62,489 nt of DNA, filler included, from Asterionella formosa (GCA_002256025.1; 15 parts of 15 records of this genome joined end to end with filler, not necessarily neighbours in it), one strand, 5' to 3'; shown: positions 1-11,775, numbered from the whole stretch's first letter. The notes: generated from the sequence alone by a model not told the origin. Translations and numbers: made by a program.

Positions 1-157
1 ATGATGATGATGGAGGAGGCAGCTGGGGAGCTGCAAAAAAGAAAATGTCCTTCGTCTGATTTTTGTTGAAATCGGCATTTGAGCTGTCATCATTTGCTTT
101 GTTCGATTCAATCTTAAATCTTCATTTCTTGCCACATTGTGCTACTGTGATACTAAT

Positions 158-3100
158 ATGGGTGTTCCAAAGGTGAGACAGTATACAGAACAAGAAAATC
201 AATGGGATGTGGAAAATAATGTAAACGATGGAACGAAAATGTCGAGGCTGATTGATTCTGACATCGATCCGTTCGTGGTTTACTCACTCCGTGCATACAA
301 CTCTTTTGCCGCTCTTTTGTCATCGAAACGGAATCATATCATGCATGCAGTTCTATCGATGGATCTCGGAGCGTTACCCGAAGATTAATCAAGTTGTGAC
401 GGATTCAGCCTTGCTACCAGAGTTTGACCATTTATATTTGGACATGAATGGAATCATTCACGGTTGTACTCATCCCAGTCATATGGATGTATCGGATGTC
501 CTAAGTGAACGTGATATGCTCCTGGGCATTATGCATTGTAAGTCATGATTTTGGCGGAGCACTGTGATCGTCTGTATGTATATTATGCCTTTGCATGACC
601 AACTCATCTAACCCGTCCCTTTTTTCTAATTTCAACATCGTAGACCTTGACCGCATCATTACTCAAATCGTAAAACCCAAAGTCAGTGTGTACATGGCCA
701 TTGATGGAGTCGCTCCCAGAGCCAAACTTAATCAGCAACGGTCGCGACGATTCAGATCTGCCAAGGACATGGCAGAAGCCACCAAGGACATGCCAGACAG
801 ATCCTCCGCCCAAGTTTTTGATTCAAATTGCATTACACCAGGAACTGAGTTCATGGCCCGTGTCTCGGACGCCATTAAATACTTTATTCGAAAGAAGCTC
901 AAAGAAGATCCTCTATGGAAGAATCTGAAGGTTGTCTTTTCAGGACATGAAATCCCGGGAGAAGGAGAACATAAGATCATGCAGCATATTAGGGAAATGA
1001 AGGCTGCTCCAGGGTATCAGCCCAACACGAGACATGTCATGTACGGGCAAGATGCTGATTTGATCATGTTGGGACTAGTTACTCATGAGCCGCACTTCAC
1101 CTTATTACGGGAAATTGTCAAATTTGGCATGGGCTTCGGGAATAACGAAAGTAAGAATTCACTCAAAACTGTCATGCGCTTTACAAAGGAATCGGACTTT
1201 CAGTTGTTGCATTTGAGTGTGTTAAGGGAGTATCTGGAGATAGAGTTTTGCAGGGATGCTACTGGCGTTGACTTGGAGCGGGCGATTGATGATTTTAACT
1301 TTTTGACATTCTTGGTGGGAAATGATTTCCTTCCTCATTTGCAGTGCCTTGATATTGGAGATGGTGCATTTGATTTGATTTTCAGCGCCTACAAAAGAGA
1401 ACGCGAAACCTGGGGTGCAGGCCACTATCTAACGTATTTGGGAGAGATTTCTGATGCCAAACGTTTGGAGTCCTTCTTTTGCGTCATTGGAGCAACCGAA
1501 ACAGAGATTTTAGCCGCAAAGGAAGAGGATGAAGCTGTCTACACCAAGAAAAGGCGTAAGTGGGACAAGCGCGACGGAAAGGCTGACGGGCCTTCTGACG
1601 CCGAGCTCCTCGCTGCGGAAGATTCAAAGCAAAATGACTATTTAGGCATGGTCGAAACTATCCTTTCAAAATATACTGACAAAGATTTCGTCGATGGTTG
1701 GACTCCTGTTCATGAAGCTGGCGAGAAGGACTTTAAAGGGCGTTATTATTTCGAGAAGTTGAAATTTACCCCAGTTGACAAGAAAGCGCATTTTGATTTG
1801 CGAAAGGCGTACATTGAGGGTCTTCAATGGTGTTTGGCGTACTATTACAAAGGATGTATTTCTTGGGGTTGGTTCTTTCCCTACCATTACGGGCCAATGT
1901 TAAGTGATCTCAGGAATCTTGAGTCTATCTTTGCTGATATTAAGTTTGAACTTGGTGCACCACTCAAGCCCTTTGAACAGCTCATGGGATGTCTACCTCC
2001 GGCCTCTGGTATCCTTGTTCCTACCCGTTATCGAAGGCTGATGACTGATCCAAATTCTCCTATCATTCAATTTTATCCTCAAGACTTTGTGGTTGACATG
2101 AATGGCAAGAGAAACCCATGGGAGGGCGTTAACCTTCTACCTTTCATCGATGTCAAGTTGCTAAAGGATACAATTGCTGCTCTTTGTCCCGACAAATTGT
2201 TATCGGCGGATGAAGTGAAAAGGAACTCGCGTGGAAAGGTCCTTCTTTACACTCATGATCCAACCGCCAACGAAACTTTCCCTTCACCGAATCAAAAGAT
2301 CGGCTTAACTGATATCATTCAGTGCAACTCCAAGGTTAGTAGCATTGATGCCCCTGATAGGCTTGATATTTGCTTCAAACCAGAGTTACTGCCTGGTACC
2401 CTGATCCCATATCCTGGATTTCCGTCATTGAATGTGCTGCCAGTGGAGCATACAGAGTTGACGAGAGTAGGCCTCAATTGTTTCGGCTCGGCTTCAAAGT
2501 ATCCCAATGTTATTTTGTTTTTACACAAGATGCCTGAACTTCCGCCTGTTGAGCAAATGGCAGACAACATCATAGGAAAATCGTTATACATTAACTGGCC
2601 AATGATGCACGAAGCTCGTGTTGTTGCTATCTCGGATGCCAGCTGCGAAGTTCGACTAGAGAACAAGAAAAAAATTGTTAAGAAGTTCAAGGAAAAGGAC
2701 GCTGAAGACTGGCAGAGCGAGAGTACCGCAATGGAGACAAAATATTTGTGTGGGTATGGGTTGCCTGGATCTGGTGGTTTGAACATTGGAGAAATTCAGT
2801 ATCGCCTTAAACTCTTACCTCTCCAGGGAATGAGAACCAATCAAACGACAGGGGCATCTAAAAAGGTTTTTGGAGCCGAAGAAGCGGACGTTCCTTTGCA
2901 AGTATGCCTCTGGCGAGCTCCCGCTCCTGACCCAAGATTCGAAGAGCATGGTCCATTGACGATTGCTGATAGATTTCCACCCGACTGCAAAGTGGTTTTG
3001 ACAAAGGGAAAGCTCCGTGGTTGCGTGGGAACAGTCATTGGAGCAGCAGATGACGGTAAAAATGTTGGAGTCAAGGTTCAAACTGTTAGTCCCGAGCCCC

Positions 3101-4079
3101 CTTTCGGTTTGGCTATTGCTCGTTCGGTTCAAGAATCATATGTTTCTTCAATGGACGCTGCTAAGCTCCTGAAGCTCAATCCTGGCCTCTTCGGGAAGAT
3201 CACTGGAAGTTTGTTTTTTGAGCCTGGACGATACGATATTGGGTTAAACCTGAAGTACACCGAGGGTCTTTGTGTTGTGGGATATAGCCGAAAGGCCATC
3301 GACAGCAAGCAACAGGAAGGAAAAATCGGAATTAAAGCGGCATGGGGAGCCGGTGACTCACTCCTTGTTGTCGGAAGCAAACGCATGGAAGATTCAGGCG
3401 ATGAAAACGGAGAGAAAATCACTTGGCAATACACACCCAAGGCTATTCGCTTAGTTTCGCTTTACCGTCAAAAATTTCCACAATTGTTCTCTATCTTGAG
3501 CAACAACCCCAATGAGAAGAAGTATACTGCTAACATGCTTGGGCGAAATGGCGAGGCAACGCTTTCAGCAATTCGTGATTGGCTGAACAATATCGAAACC
3601 GCCAAGCTTCCTCGGACTCCCGTCTCTACAATTGCCATGCCAATGGAAGCCATCCAAGCTGTCCAAAAGGCAGCTGACGTCCGTACCAATGCCTTGAAGA
3701 AAGGCGAACGATTGAAAGATTCACTGATCAAGATTCCTGCCTATGCCTTGTACCGCGAAGGTTCCACAAACGCTACGGACGTCCTCACAGCGGCAGATTT
3801 GAACGACGACGAGGCCCCGGAGCTTGGAGATCGCATTGTTAATATATGTGCCATGGGGCTTCCTTTTGGAGCGAGGGGTAGCATCGTAGGGATCCATGAG
3901 GCTTCTACTGGATGTGTGGAGGTTGTTATGGACGAGGAGTTTATTGGAGGTGGAAACTTGCAGGGTGCTTGCGGCAACTTCCGAGGAAAGCTATGTATCT
4001 GGGCACACTTGCTAAAGATATCGCCTTCAAACAGCGATGAATTGGTCGACAAGCTCGTTCCTAAGGGTTCTGGAAAGGC
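158..4079 (+). CDS. XRN1: 5'-3' exoribonuclease 1, 3'-truncated; join(158..172,351..537,644..>4079)
   Basis: Spliced start [15 protein letters not shown] with GT-AG introns 173-350 and 538-643. XRN motifs [66 protein letters not shown]. The C-terminal SH3-like region ([28 protein letters not shown]) favours XRN1 over XRN2. Confidence 0.95.
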
Positions 4080-4179
4080 NNNNNNNNNNNNNNNNNNNNN
4101 NNNNNNNNNNNNNNNNNNNNNNNTTAATTAATTAANNNNNNNNNNNNNNNNNNNNNNNNNNNNNNNNNNNNNNNNNNNN
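4080..4179. other. Artificial contig spacer, first of 14 (others start at 8259, 12438, 16616, 20796, 24969, 29142, 33314, 37486, 41656, 45826, 49993, 54160, 58326)
   Basis: Identical 100-nt N44-TTAATTAATTAA-N44 blocks giving stops in all six frames; contig lengths run from about 4080 down to 4064. Confidence 0.99.
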
Positions 4180-4181
4180 AA

Positions 4182-5453
4182 ACTTCTGGCGCTGATGCAT
4201 CCAATCTAGTGTGCAGTGTAGAACGATTCCATCCCAACCAGAACCTTGAAGGAACGGCCTCACGAGTACTCTTTTCCCTTCAGAGCAAGAACATTCAGGG
4301 TATAGTTGACACAGCTGGAAATCCGACCAATATGGTTGGAAAGTACAACTTGTCCTATGCAGACTTGCTTCACAACGGATGTCTCGCTGCCACGAAATAC
4401 CTTCGCCGAGACAAATTCAGCTCTAATAACTCCATCAATTATGAAGCACCTTCCATGTTATTTGGTCGCAAAGATGCATGTCGTTATAAGTGGAAGGAAG
4501 GGAAGCGAAAGGCGCTTTGTGGTCCCACCGAGCTGTTGCCTGGCTTAGCCTTAACAACGAAGGAATCCAATGATTGGTTCATTGATCGAGGCATGACTCC
4601 GTGTCAGTTTATGGCGTTGATGTGGACTCACAGTACTTTGGCCCCCATGGCAGACAATGTGGGTAACACATGCCCACTGACAAAGCTTCCCTGTGGAGAA
4701 GAGTTGGATTACTTTACGGCCTTCCTGCAGCCAGGTCAGCACCGTGTGGCAAGCGTTGATGCTATAGAAGAAGACAAAGAGGCTCCAAATTGCAATTGGA
4801 CGATGGGGGACACTCCAGCTCGAAGCAGAGGACTTTCCCAACAACAATTCGATCACGGTCAACGAAGGCTGAAAAAATCAACACAGATATCTTCTACCAT
4901 CGAGGTTGAACGAAGCCTACAGATGCCGAAAGGTGCAGCTTCCACGAGCAAGAAACATGGTCCACAACATCATCGGAACTTGGCAAAAAAAGCAAGTCAC
5001 GCTCCTTCTCAAGGTGGCAATGTACAGATGCCAGTTGTAAAAAAATTGAAAAATCGTCGCCCAAAGATTTCAGGAACCAGTGGGAATCTTGATGAACAAC
5101 TGCCAACGATTTCAACGGGAGTAAATATGTCAGACAAAACTCAATATAATGGGGAAGGCGAACTGAAGACATGGCCTCTGACGGCTATTGATTGCACCTT
5201 ATCATTGGACGTGACATCGAGAGCCGCACTTGATAATCCGACGGATGAAAATCTCCGAGTCCTCAAGGATGTAATCCAGAATTTTCATATGAATTCTCCA
5301 GAACAGGTGTTGATTTGTGCCCTCCGCATGCTGGGGGGTAGAGGGGATTCACATGATTGTGACGACATTCCCGGCTCAAAATCTTGCACCGAAATAGGTA
5401 CTGACAAGGTTTCAAATGACCATATGTTTGGCGGATACTATGGGCATCCTTAG
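4182..5453 (+). CDS. Non-animal heme peroxidase-like protein, 5'-truncated by the contig edge
   Basis: Frame is open from the contig start. SGADASN..ERFHPNQN resembles GGADGS..E..P.N. Also SYADLL, FGRKDA, LLP, F..RGMT..FMALMWTHS (candidate proximal His) and LTAIDCTLSLD. The distal His region is missing from the contig. Confidence 0.7.
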   Translation, partial: TSGADASNLVCSVERFHPNQNLEGTASRVLFSLQSKNIQGIVDTAGNPTNMVGKYNLSYADLLHNGCLAATKYLRRDKFSSNNSINYEAPSMLFGRKDACRYKWKEGKRKALCGPTELLPGLALTTKESNDWFIDRGMTPCQFMALMWTHSTLAPMADNVGNTCPLTKLPCGEELDYFTAFLQPGQHRVASVDAIEEDKEAPNCNWTMGDTPARSRGLSQQQFDHGQRRLKKSTQISSTIEVERSLQMPKGAASTSKKHGPQHHRNLAKKASHAPSQGGNVQMPVVKKLKNRRPKISGTSGNLDEQLPTISTGVNMSDKTQYNGEGELKTWPLTAIDCTLSLDVTSRAALDNPTDENLRVLKDVIQNFHMNSPEQVLICALRMLGGRGDSHDCDDIPGSKSCTEIGTDKVSNDHMFGGYYGHP

Positions 5454-6014
5454 TGCTTGTCCCTTCCATTGCTATGAACATTAATAGAGTTGTTACTAAA
5501 AAGTGTGAATGGCAGCGTATCTAATTAATACACCATCAAAGTAGGAACAGGCAAGGTTGTCTAGAGGTTAGGATGCGAATTCACTTACCGATGGGTCTTA
5601 TATTAATACACATGCTATCTGGAAATAGATGTTTCAAATACTAAAAAAATATTCAGGACACTTAGCTATAGAAAGTACTTTGCCATATGTACTGTACATA
5701 GTTCGCTGCATTCAGTATTCGCTAGCTGTTGTTTTCATTGATTTGGAATCAAACTTTCTCCAATAGTTCTTTGACTTCCAAATACTTGCGACTGTATTGA
5801 AAACTGTGATAAATTCATGACCAGCATGATCACTAGCAAAAGGAATAGTCTCGATCACTAGTTTGATTGTCACGACCTCCATGCGAGTTGGAGTGAACAA
5901 ACGAAAACTTGTTGAAAACTTCTCTGGGTTATTATCAAACATCCAGACTCCACCCACAATCTCCCTAATCGATTATCACTCCTTGTATTTGAAGAATTGC
6001 AAGGTGCAAACATC

Positions 6015-7220
6015 TCAAGGCGCCGAACTAATAGCGTCTCGCCTCAAACACTCATATCTTGTCCTTCGGTCCAGATCCAACTCAATCAATCGATCTAGAC
6101 ACTCCATAACCCCATCTTGGTTCTCTTCCATCCTCGATAGAACATTGTACAAACCCAACCAAATCCATTTGCTTTCCTTTTCATCTGCCACCAATTCCTG
6201 TAACATTTCCTTTTCTGCCACGAGCTGATCCTGTGACAACAACCCTTGCGACAACAAATATTCCAAATACCACCATGCTGTTTGATCATCAGGCTCTGTA
6301 AATATGGCACTATGAATCAATTCCAATTCCTGTTGAATAATCGTAGGCGTATAATTGTCTCCAATAATGCTCTGATGTTGCATAATAATGTATGGCAACA
6401 ATTTGCTTCGATAATGAAAGGCCGATCCATTACTAAAGTTTTCATTGATTTTGGTGGTTGTAAATGTAAATTCCGACTGAATTAGAGGTTGCAGTTGTTC
6501 CCTTTGTTCTTCGGAGATGTTGTAATTATTTTCTTCCAACTTGGCCGATGGAGAATGCCCCACTTGACTACCCATCATGACTGTCGTGGCAGTGGTTGTT
6601 TTTGTCGTCCACCATGTCCATTCCCCACCACCACCACCACCACCACCACCACTACTACTATCACCACCACCAGTACTACTATCACTTAAGATAGCTGAAC
6701 CATGGATTCCAATAATGAACCTTCGATAATTCCAACAATGAAAATTTCGTTCATCCAATAGTAAGAATTGTGTTGTCAAATCCAGTTCGTTATGTATTCG
6801 GTTCTGATCTGTATGACAATACGTTCCCATCAACCACTTTCTATGAAACCAAACACTGTATGCTTTTGGATTTCTTCCTAAGCATTGTTGTGTCAATGCC
6901 AATTCCTCGTCCAACATTGTAGTAGTCGTAGCAGTGGTATCTGTATCAACTGTTGTGTCTGATTTAGGATTCTCCAGCTGTTGCGGCGGAGGCAGTTCTG
7001 CCAGTAAAATATCCCTACGATGATTCCATAAATACATGGGATCTGGATTGACTAATACTAATTTGGACAATACGTCGAGTCGATCCTTGTTGTTTTTCGT
7101 TGTTACAGAGACGATAAGTCCTGACAAATGAAACCATTGCGATGCTTTTGATTGCAATTTGGCAGCCAAAATGGGATCACGAGATTTCATTTTATATTCG
7201 TTTCGTTTTTGACCGTGCAT
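6015..7220 (-). CDS. RABGGTA: Rab geranylgeranyltransferase alpha subunit
   Basis: Starts MHG.KR; prenyltransferase-alpha repeats NPD..LWNHRR, NPKAYSVWFHRKW, DERNFHCWNYRRF, NFSNGSAFHYRS, AIFTEPDDQTAWWY; C-terminal D..R..RY. Confidence 0.92.
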   Translation of the reverse strand: MHGQKRNEYKMKSRDPILAAKLQSKASQWFHLSGLIVSVTTKNNKDRLDVLSKLVLVNPDPMYLWNHRRDILLAELPPPQQLENPKSDTTVDTDTTATTTTMLDEELALTQQCLGRNPKAYSVWFHRKWLMGTYCHTDQNRIHNELDLTTQFLLLDERNFHCWNYRRFIIGIHGSAILSDSSTGGGDSSSGGGGGGGGGEWTWWTTKTTTATTVMMGSQVGHSPSAKLEENNYNISEEQREQLQPLIQSEFTFTTTKINENFSNGSAFHYRSKLLPYIIMQHQSIIGDNYTPTIIQQELELIHSAIFTEPDDQTAWWYLEYLLSQGLLSQDQLVAEKEMLQELVADEKESKWIWLGLYNVLSRMEENQDGVMECLDRLIELDLDRRTRYECLRRDAISSAP

Positions 7221-8064
7221 GATGATGATAGTTGGATGGATGGATGGATGGATAGATGGTCAAAAGGAGTACTAATGGATGGATAGTGCCAATGAGAGAG
7301 AGATAGTACCGGTAGATCAATTCAGTTGATGCAGTCAATCAGGGTTTGGAAATCATTTCTATTTTTATGTTCATTTGATGATTTTTTTTGTTTTTGCTGC
7401 CGCCACCTGTCGTTCAGGGACGATCTGCTAATCATGTGGTATGTCAATGCTGTTGGTAGTTGCTAATTATTACCTGTATATAAATCACCATTCTTTATTT
7501 GGAAGCCTACATAGGTAATGTCCGGAAATAGAAACATCTTTGTTTCTTCTAATGTAGAAATGTCATTTATTATGCATGCAGTACTGTTAGATAGACTCCA
7601 CCTACGGGAGGGCAGTACCTGGTACCAACTATGAACAGGTGTAATGCAGCAGACCAAAGGGTGGAACAATACCGGTACATCGTCTAACCGTACTACATAC
7701 CGGTAACAGGTACCACTATGTTGTCAAAAATATCAGATGACATGTGCCAGCAAATATTATCTAAACATGTAGCAACACAAAGCAAGAGGCAATAAATAGA
7801 AAGATGATGAGAATTGCAGATTCCCATCTTACCTCTGCAGCCAAGGACTCGAGCATACCAAACCTATATATCAATGCCTTTGAACAAAACATCAACAATA
7901 AAGTTTCGTCAACTCGTCCTTTTGAACTGGCTTAAATACTGCCGTTGGGTGGACACCGCCCTGACTGCTTAGGTATAGCAAAATTCCAATGCTACTCACT
8001 CTAAATTTTCACCATTGATTGGTTTAATTTCTTTTAAACTAACCATCGACATCCTCTGCCTTCC

Positions 8065-8258
8065 TTATTCGTCTTGCATCACCCACGTAGGACATCCAAT
8101 CGCTGGCAAATTCTCCTGCGGAGCGGCACAAGATGCCATCTTCTCATCCCACGTATTTTGAACACAATACCACTCTCCATCCTTGCATGCAGAAATCAAT
8201 GACTTGGAGTCCATCACCCTCAACAGCGCTCTCCATTTCCCACACGATGGATTACAGC
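8065..8258 (-). CDS. 3' end of a gene with a CW-type zinc finger (not in the ORF track)
   Basis: Hand translation from the contig edge: CNPSCGKWRALLRVMDSKSLISACKDGEWYCVQNTWDEKMASCAAPQENLPAIGCPTWVMQDE*. This fits zf-CW C..CGKWR..W.C..N.W....SC..PQE. Confidence 0.85.
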
Positions 8259-9251
8259 NNNNNNNNNNNNNNNNNNNNNNNNNNNNNNNNNNNNNNNNNN
8301 NNTTAATTAATTAANNNNNNNNNNNNNNNNNNNNNNNNNNNNNNNNNNNNNNNNNNNNTGCTTGATCAAAAAGACAAACAAGGATGTAACCACCATGACT
8401 CAAACTACCAGTACTGGTAGTCAAAAACGTCACACTTTTTCTGAAATCCTTGCTATTCCAGTATAGCCATGATACTAAAGTAGGAGAAACAAAGGATGAT
8501 GTCAATAGATTGACCACTTATTACTAAGTAAAATATTGGTGTAGTTTCTGATACTGTATGTTGTCCTGATATCAAATTGAGAAAAAGCATAAGATCATAT
8601 TCTGATGCCATTAATGATTTCTTTAAAAATAGTTGAAAAAGAGATTGATGGAAATGCTAGAACAAGAAGGAGCCAAGAGCAATCACAGACAGTACAAAAT
8701 GCCTGTGACAACAACATCTTGGTTCCCTCCTTGTCAAAAATCCTGCCAGCAATGATATCCAGTCACACTATCCCTCCCACTTCATACATGAATTTCTGAT
8801 AGGCCGCTCTGTTAAAGATGCAATGATGAACAGAGAGCATTGTTATCATACAATCTCCGATTCCGAGATGTGGAAGGGCGAAAAATTCGCAGACAACATT
8901 GGTGGGAAACTGGCAATGTTCAGGAAGGTTGGCATAAGAAAGCAAGGAATCCGTTGGGGTCTCCTGGATCTCCTTCATTGTAGAAGTGTAATCAAATAAA
9001 TGTTTTGGTGGAATCATTATATGGATGATCAAATGGGGCGACAAACTGGCATCTGTTTTCCAGGGGAGTGAACGGCCTACTCATCAAGCTAATTGGGCGC
9101 TATCGCTTTGATGCTATAATCTGTTACCTCCATGTCGAGACCCGTCCTGCCTGTTATGGCGGGCCTCTCTCAACTCATGCTGGCGGGCGGCGATTACCAG
9201 CTCCTTCAGGAAATCGCCACCATGCACCTACCCAACCCAACCAACACAACT

Positions 9252-9528
9252 GCTATGGCCTAAAAATGGGTGCCGAGACCAGCATACCGGTCTCGGATTC
9301 GGCCTAGTAAAGCCATAATTACCCATAGCTGTGTACCCACGCTCGCATTTATGACGACTAAAGTCGCCCTTTCCATGGCCTTGTCTTGTCACGTGCTAGG
9401 AGTAGGTAAGGAGATTGTACGTGGTCACGTGCTAGGAGTAGGTAAGGAGATTGTACGTGGGTACACAGCTTTAGGTAATTTTGGGTTAGGGTTACGGTTA
9501 CAGAGCCATAGCGCCACTACCGGTAGTG
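9252..9528. repeat. Nested foldback with a tandem duplication and a telomere-like tract
   Basis: GCTATGGC 9252 / GCCATAGC ending 9512; CCGAGACC-N8-GGTCTCGG 9273-9296; 25-bp IR 9317-9341 / 9456-9480 with 2 mismatches; 36-bp direct duplication 9388-9459; GGGTTAGGGTTACGGTTAC 9483-9501; palindrome CACTACCGGTAGTG 9515-9528. Confidence 0.85.
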
Positions 9529-9918
9529 CGTTTCAGTAAAAAAGTGCTGCTCTTTCTGATTATATAATATACATGGTGTGGATATATATACATGGCTTGC
9601 AGTTAAGGCGTGGGTACATTTGTTCAGTGGAAAACGTGTTTTTAACTATAAATGGTATCAATATATTTATGGCTCGCGGTTAAAGCGTGGGTATATTGCT
9701 TTAGTCGAAAAGTGTTGGCTTTTTATGAGTCTATATATATCTGGTTTGAATATGTATATATGGCAAGCGGTTATATGTACATATATATTACTCCAATATA
9801 TTCGATGTGCAATTCCTCTCCCATCATACTGTTATCTGTTGCCTATATGGCGTGCTATTGTAATGTACGTCCTGTTACTAAACCCTTACATAGGAGGTAT
9901 CCTTATCCTTTCTTGTAT

Positions 9919-9972
9919 TGTTTATTTAAGGGCAAGTGTTTATTTAAGGGCAAGTGTTTATTTAAGGGCAAG
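9919..9972 (+). repeat. 18-bp tandem repeat x3 (x2 in the other contig copy)
   Basis: TGTTTATTTAAGGGCAAG repeated three times. Confidence 0.95.
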
Positions 9973-9993
9973 AAATGGTCGTTTGCCTGTGGC

Positions 9994-11530
9994 AACACTA
10001 TTCGAATTTGGTTATGATCAACTCAAACACAACCTCCAAATATTTTCAAAAGGTCACATCAGGTGCAATAAGTTCCAACAGTGGTACGCATTTTAGTGAA
10101 TTTGTTACATCCATTGTCGAGCTCCCATCATAATGAATCGTAAGACAAAAGGTAAGCATCTGGATAAGGAGGATCGTTATGAGAAACCGCAAATTGACAT
10201 GACTACCAAACCAGCCATTGACGCGGCCACTACCTTGACAGCCTTATCGGCAAGGCGATTCAATCCCATTCCTCAAAAGCGTGCATTCATAACTAAAACG
10301 CCGCGTATACAACGCGCCCTCAGGAGTGATGGACCGGTCCAAACACCGGAGTCGCTAAAAAAAATACCAGGAGAGAAAAGGAAATTTCGACCTGATCCGG
10401 CTGAGGCAGACTCTGGATCATTGAAAGTTGCGCCATCGAAGGAGGAGGAGGAGGAGGAGGGTGTTCCAGTGCTGCGGGAAGAGTTGAAAGCAATACGATC
10501 TGATATGGCGCAGATGATGGGTGTGTTAATGGGTGCTATGTCTAACTTTCAGCCTCAGTGTCAGGATGAACTTCAAACATTAACAGAAGCGGTATTATCT
10601 CATGAATCAAAAGCCACAGTTGGACCAACACAACAGTTGTTTGAACCTGCACTGTGTCCTGTTTGTCAGGTGCAGTTAAACTTTCTGTCCGCTGCCGCAG
10701 ACCTACAGCTTCCTTTCAAAGCCGGCGTCGCCAAAGCGATGATGACACATTCCTGTAGGTGGCATAGAGAAGCGCCTGTATGGAATGCTCTTCCCAAGCT
10801 TGACTTGGATATGCGATCCTTGCATGGTAGGTCTAAGCCGACAACTGCAACAGTATTAGGTTTGGTTTCCTACAGTTTGGCATCCTCGGCTCGAGCAATT
10901 CGGTTGCCCAAAACAGATGGTTGGATTGACCGATGGAATGACGTCAAAAACAAGATAATATATCGCATTGGTTATGCCCAACGCTTATGTTCAGAATGCC
11001 CTATCTATCTGCGAGGAAGGACAAATTTCTTAGGTGCAACTGGAGAAACTCTCACGGCTCAGCAGCTGTGGTTAAAGAACGAAGCAGCAAAGTATTTGGA
11101 CAACCTTTGCATCAACACGGAGAGCTCTCCCCCAAGTGAACATTGGTATTCAATAACAACAGCTGCTAGAAAGCGGAATCTAGTCCAGATCTTCTTTCTA
11201 GACGCACAGTTCCATCGTGAATGCAGATTATTACCTCCTGAGACGTTACCCCCAAGTGAACACTTTCGAATCAATAGATCAATATAAGATATAGACAATT
11301 AACAAAAAGATTAGTAGATGCTAAAATATGAATTGAGATAGATCAATATATAATAGGAACAAATCACAAAAGCATTAGCAGATGTTTAAATATGAAATGA
11401 GATAGATGATACACAAAGTTACAATTGGGAACAATCAGCACCATGTAGGGTATAGATTAAAAAATCCGGGTTGTGACATGTAAATTGGAGGTTGTGTTTG
11501 GGTTGATCATAACCAAATTCGAATAGTGTT
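9994..11530. repeat. 46-bp inverted repeats (9994-10039 and 11485-11530) enclosing the 384-aa ORF
   Basis: AACACTATTCGAATTTGGTTATGATCAAC(T/C)CAAACACAACCTCCAA, 45/46 identical; no flanking target-site duplication. Confidence 0.93.
10133..11287 (+). CDS. Hypothetical 384-aa protein (basic N-terminus, poly-E, coiled coil, CPVC / HSCRWH / CSEC motifs); probably element-borne
   Basis: Long intronless ORF, GC-richer than its flanks and open in both contig copies. No family recognised. Confidence 0.7.
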   Translation: MNRKTKGKHLDKEDRYEKPQIDMTTKPAIDAATTLTALSARRFNPIPQKRAFITKTPRIQRALRSDGPVQTPESLKKIPGEKRKFRPDPAEADSGSLKVAPSKEEEEEEGVPVLREELKAIRSDMAQMMGVLMGAMSNFQPQCQDELQTLTEAVLSHESKATVGPTQQLFEPALCPVCQVQLNFLSAAADLQLPFKAGVAKAMMTHSCRWHREAPVWNALPKLDLDMRSLHGRSKPTTATVLGLVSYSLASSARAIRLPKTDGWIDRWNDVKNKIIYRIGYAQRLCSECPIYLRGRTNFLGATGETLTAQQLWLKNEAAKYLDNLCINTESSPPSEHWYSITTAARKRNLVQIFFLDAQFHRECRLLPPETLPPSEHFRINRSI

Positions 11531-11775
11531 ATGGATTGCTCCAATATTGATGAAGTTATTGACAAGTCAGTAGTGGTAATAATCATCACCATGTAGGGTG
11601 TAGGTGAAAAAATCCCGGCTGTGACATGTAAATGATGAGTAGCATTGATCCATTGTGAATCAACGGAATACCATCTTATTCGGTACTATCTTCCAATGAG
11701 ATGAGTCGTTCTTAGGTATTGATTTCTCCAATATTGATGAAGTTATTGACAAATCAGTAGTGGTAACAATCATCA

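Noticed and set aside
4080..4179. Regularly spaced TTAATTAATTAA repeats every ~4.17 kb
   Set aside because: Assembly linker inside N runs; not biological and not a CRISPR-like array.
9483..9501. Telomerase RNA template or true telomere
   Set aside because: Only about three degenerate units inside a foldback repeat. A T6 run lies just upstream on the template-sense strand and no promoter is evident.
9578..10096. 172-aa and 121-aa ORFs as real genes
   Set aside because: They run through tandem repeats and the IR, with Y/I/L-biased composition typical of AT-rich non-coding DNA.
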